IMG/VR virus record: IMGVR_UViG_3300022758_000051
DNA: 6,155 bases
Source of the DNA: a virus
Strand: one strand, 5' to 3'
The notes beneath the pieces were generated by a model. The model did not search any database and was not told where the DNA came from. It saw only the letters and a list, made by a program, of their open reading frames with translations. Position 1 is the stretch's first letter. Each line of letters begins with the position of its first letter. The translations under genes were made by a program, and so were the position numbers. Below, in pieces: positions 5,795 to 6,155 of the stretch.

Positions 5795-5840
5795 AGCACG
5801 GAGTGCGTAAAGGCAGGTTCTATCTGACCTGCCGTGCCTA
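5794..5840 (+). repeat. Nested inverted repeat (hairpin H3)
   Basis: The inner 7-bp stem is GGCAGGT (5812-5818) with ACCTGCC (5827-5833), around an 8-nt loop. The outer stem is TAGCAC (5794-5799) with GTGC(C)TA (5834-5840), carrying one bulged C. The two are separated by an asymmetric internal loop. Confidence 0.65.
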
Positions 5841-5869
5841 TACACCCTTGTATACATTCACTTATTTCC

Positions 5870-5896
5870 CCTGGATCTATTAGTAATGGATCTAGG
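5870..5896 (+). promoter_or_regulatory. 12-bp hairpin H4 with a GC-rich base and AT-rich apex (ATTAGTAAT); candidate Rep nick or origin hairpin
   Basis: CCTGGATCTATT (5870-5881) pairs with AATGGATCTAGG (5885-5896), with G-T wobbles at 5873/5893 and 5878/5888 and a 3-nt loop, AGT. The two arms also contain the 8-nt direct repeat TGGATCTA (5872-5879 and 5887-5894) and two GATC sites. Confidence 0.3.
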
Positions 5897-5920
5897 ACGT
5901 GTTAATTAAGCGAAGCCCCT

Positions 5921-5989
5921 AGTTGTGTGCGAAGCAAATCCGAGTTATCCTCTCGGATTCTCCATTCCCTTGTCCATAAACGCACAACT
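5921..5989 (+). repeat. Hairpin H5 (8 bp perfect) enclosed by a long-range stem H6
   Basis: H5 is AATCCGAG (5937-5944) with CTCGGATT (5952-5959), around a 7-nt loop TTATCCT. H6 is AGTTG(TG)TGCG (5921-5931) with CGCACAACT (5981-5989), with a 2-nt bulge. Confidence 0.6.
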
Positions 5990-6028
5990 CACACTCCATC
6001 ACAAATGGTCCTCTCCCCACAAATTTCT

Positions 6029-6155
6029 AAAAAAAATATTTGGAGATACAAAAAAAACTCATACCTTTGCCCATGTGGAAGTTACAACTATTATTAACAT
6101 TTTAAAATTTATTACAATTATGCAAAAGTTTATTATCTCAGTTAAAGATAAAAAT
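6029..6155. repeat. Terminal redundancy, copy 2 (identical to 1-127)
   Basis: Same as copy 1. It also duplicates the promoter and the first 36 nt of the 92..286 ORF (ATG at 6120). Confidence 0.95.
6039..6069 (+). promoter_or_regulatory. Same promoter in its native context at the end of the intergenic region (duplicate of 11-41)
   Basis: TTTG at 6039-6042 and TACCTTTG at 6062-6069. Identical by virtue of the terminal overlap. Confidence 0.5.

Larger units (their letters stand above)
1..6028 (+). mobile_element. One full unit of a circular ssDNA Microviridae phage genome (Alpavirinae/Gokushovirinae-like gene content: Rep, major capsid, scaffold-like, pilot)
   Basis: An exact 127-nt terminal overlap defines a 6028-nt circle. 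All long ORFs are on one strand. The capsid, pilot and HUH Rep proteins carry family-typical motifs. Size and compactness fit Microviridae (about 4.4-6.5 kb). Confidence 0.88.
5672..6028 (+). other. Large structured noncoding region, G+C-rich relative to the genome. Candidate complementary-strand origin, structured RNA or 3' UTR element
   Basis: No ORF of 60 aa or more on either strand. Hand counts give G+C of 40/60 at 5701-5760 and 29/60 at 5761-5820, against 19-22/60 in typical coding lines. It contains at least six hairpins, listed separately. Confidence 0.7.

Noticed and set aside
5794-5870. Possible tRNA or tRNA-like element around the GGCAGGT...ACCTGCC hairpin
   Set aside because: No cloverleaf can be drawn. 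The loop is 8 nt, not 7. There is no TTCRA T-loop, no acceptor stem pairing and no discriminator/CCA context.
5902-5909. TTAATTAA palindrome
   Set aside because: An 8-nt AT-only palindrome is unremarkable in an AT-rich genome, and no flanking structure or repeat supports a function.
5872-5935. CRISPR-like mini-array from the short direct repeats
   Set aside because: The repeats are only 7-8 nt long, occur in two copies each and are irregularly spaced. They are partly explained by hairpin arms, and there are no cas genes.
5672-6028. Self-cleaving ribozyme (hammerhead, twister) in the structured region
   Set aside because: I found no CUGAUGA...GAAA hammerhead core on either strand, and I cannot place the conserved twister nucleotides. 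Without a covariance-model search the claim cannot be supported.
6029-6155. Terminal repeats as biological LTRs, DTRs or attL/attR
   Set aside because: The copies are perfectly identical and cut through a gene (the second copy stops mid-ORF at the window edge). That is typical of assembler overlap on a circular molecule, and Microviridae genomes are circular with no terminal repeats.

Overview
The window is one complete circular ssDNA phage genome of the family Microviridae, assembled with a terminal overlap. Positions 1-127 are identical to 6029-6155, so the unit length is 6028 nt. All credible genes lie on the + strand and are tightly packed. In order they are: a 64-aa orphan ORF; a 27-aa single-pass membrane peptide; a compact zinc peptidase of the M15 (M15_3-like) family; a large HUH rolling-circle Rep (VP4-like, 559 aa); the major capsid protein (VP1/F-like, 583 aa); an acidic 146-aa scaffold-like protein; and the minor capsid/DNA pilot protein (VP2/H-like, 367 aa). 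The start codons lack Shine-Dalgarno sequences, and the single large intergenic region carries a composite TTTG-N19-TAnnTTTG promoter. Both point to a Bacteroidota host (Alpavirinae-like lineage), though subfamily assignment needs phylogeny. Four things deserve a second look. (1) A membrane peptide is translationally coupled to an M15 peptidase, which looks like a holin/endolysin-style lysis module in a family that classically lyses without an endolysin. (2) A noncoding block of about 360 nt (5672-6028) is far more G+C-rich than the genome. It holds at least six stable hairpins whose G-T wobbles make the fold specific to the + strand. It could be a single-strand origin, a structured RNA or an attachment module. 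(3) There are sharp codon-usage/G+C islands inside the Rep catalytic core and inside VP1. (4) There are candidate overprinted ORFs, which I regard sceptically. I found no rRNA, tRNA, CRISPR array, integrase or transposase.
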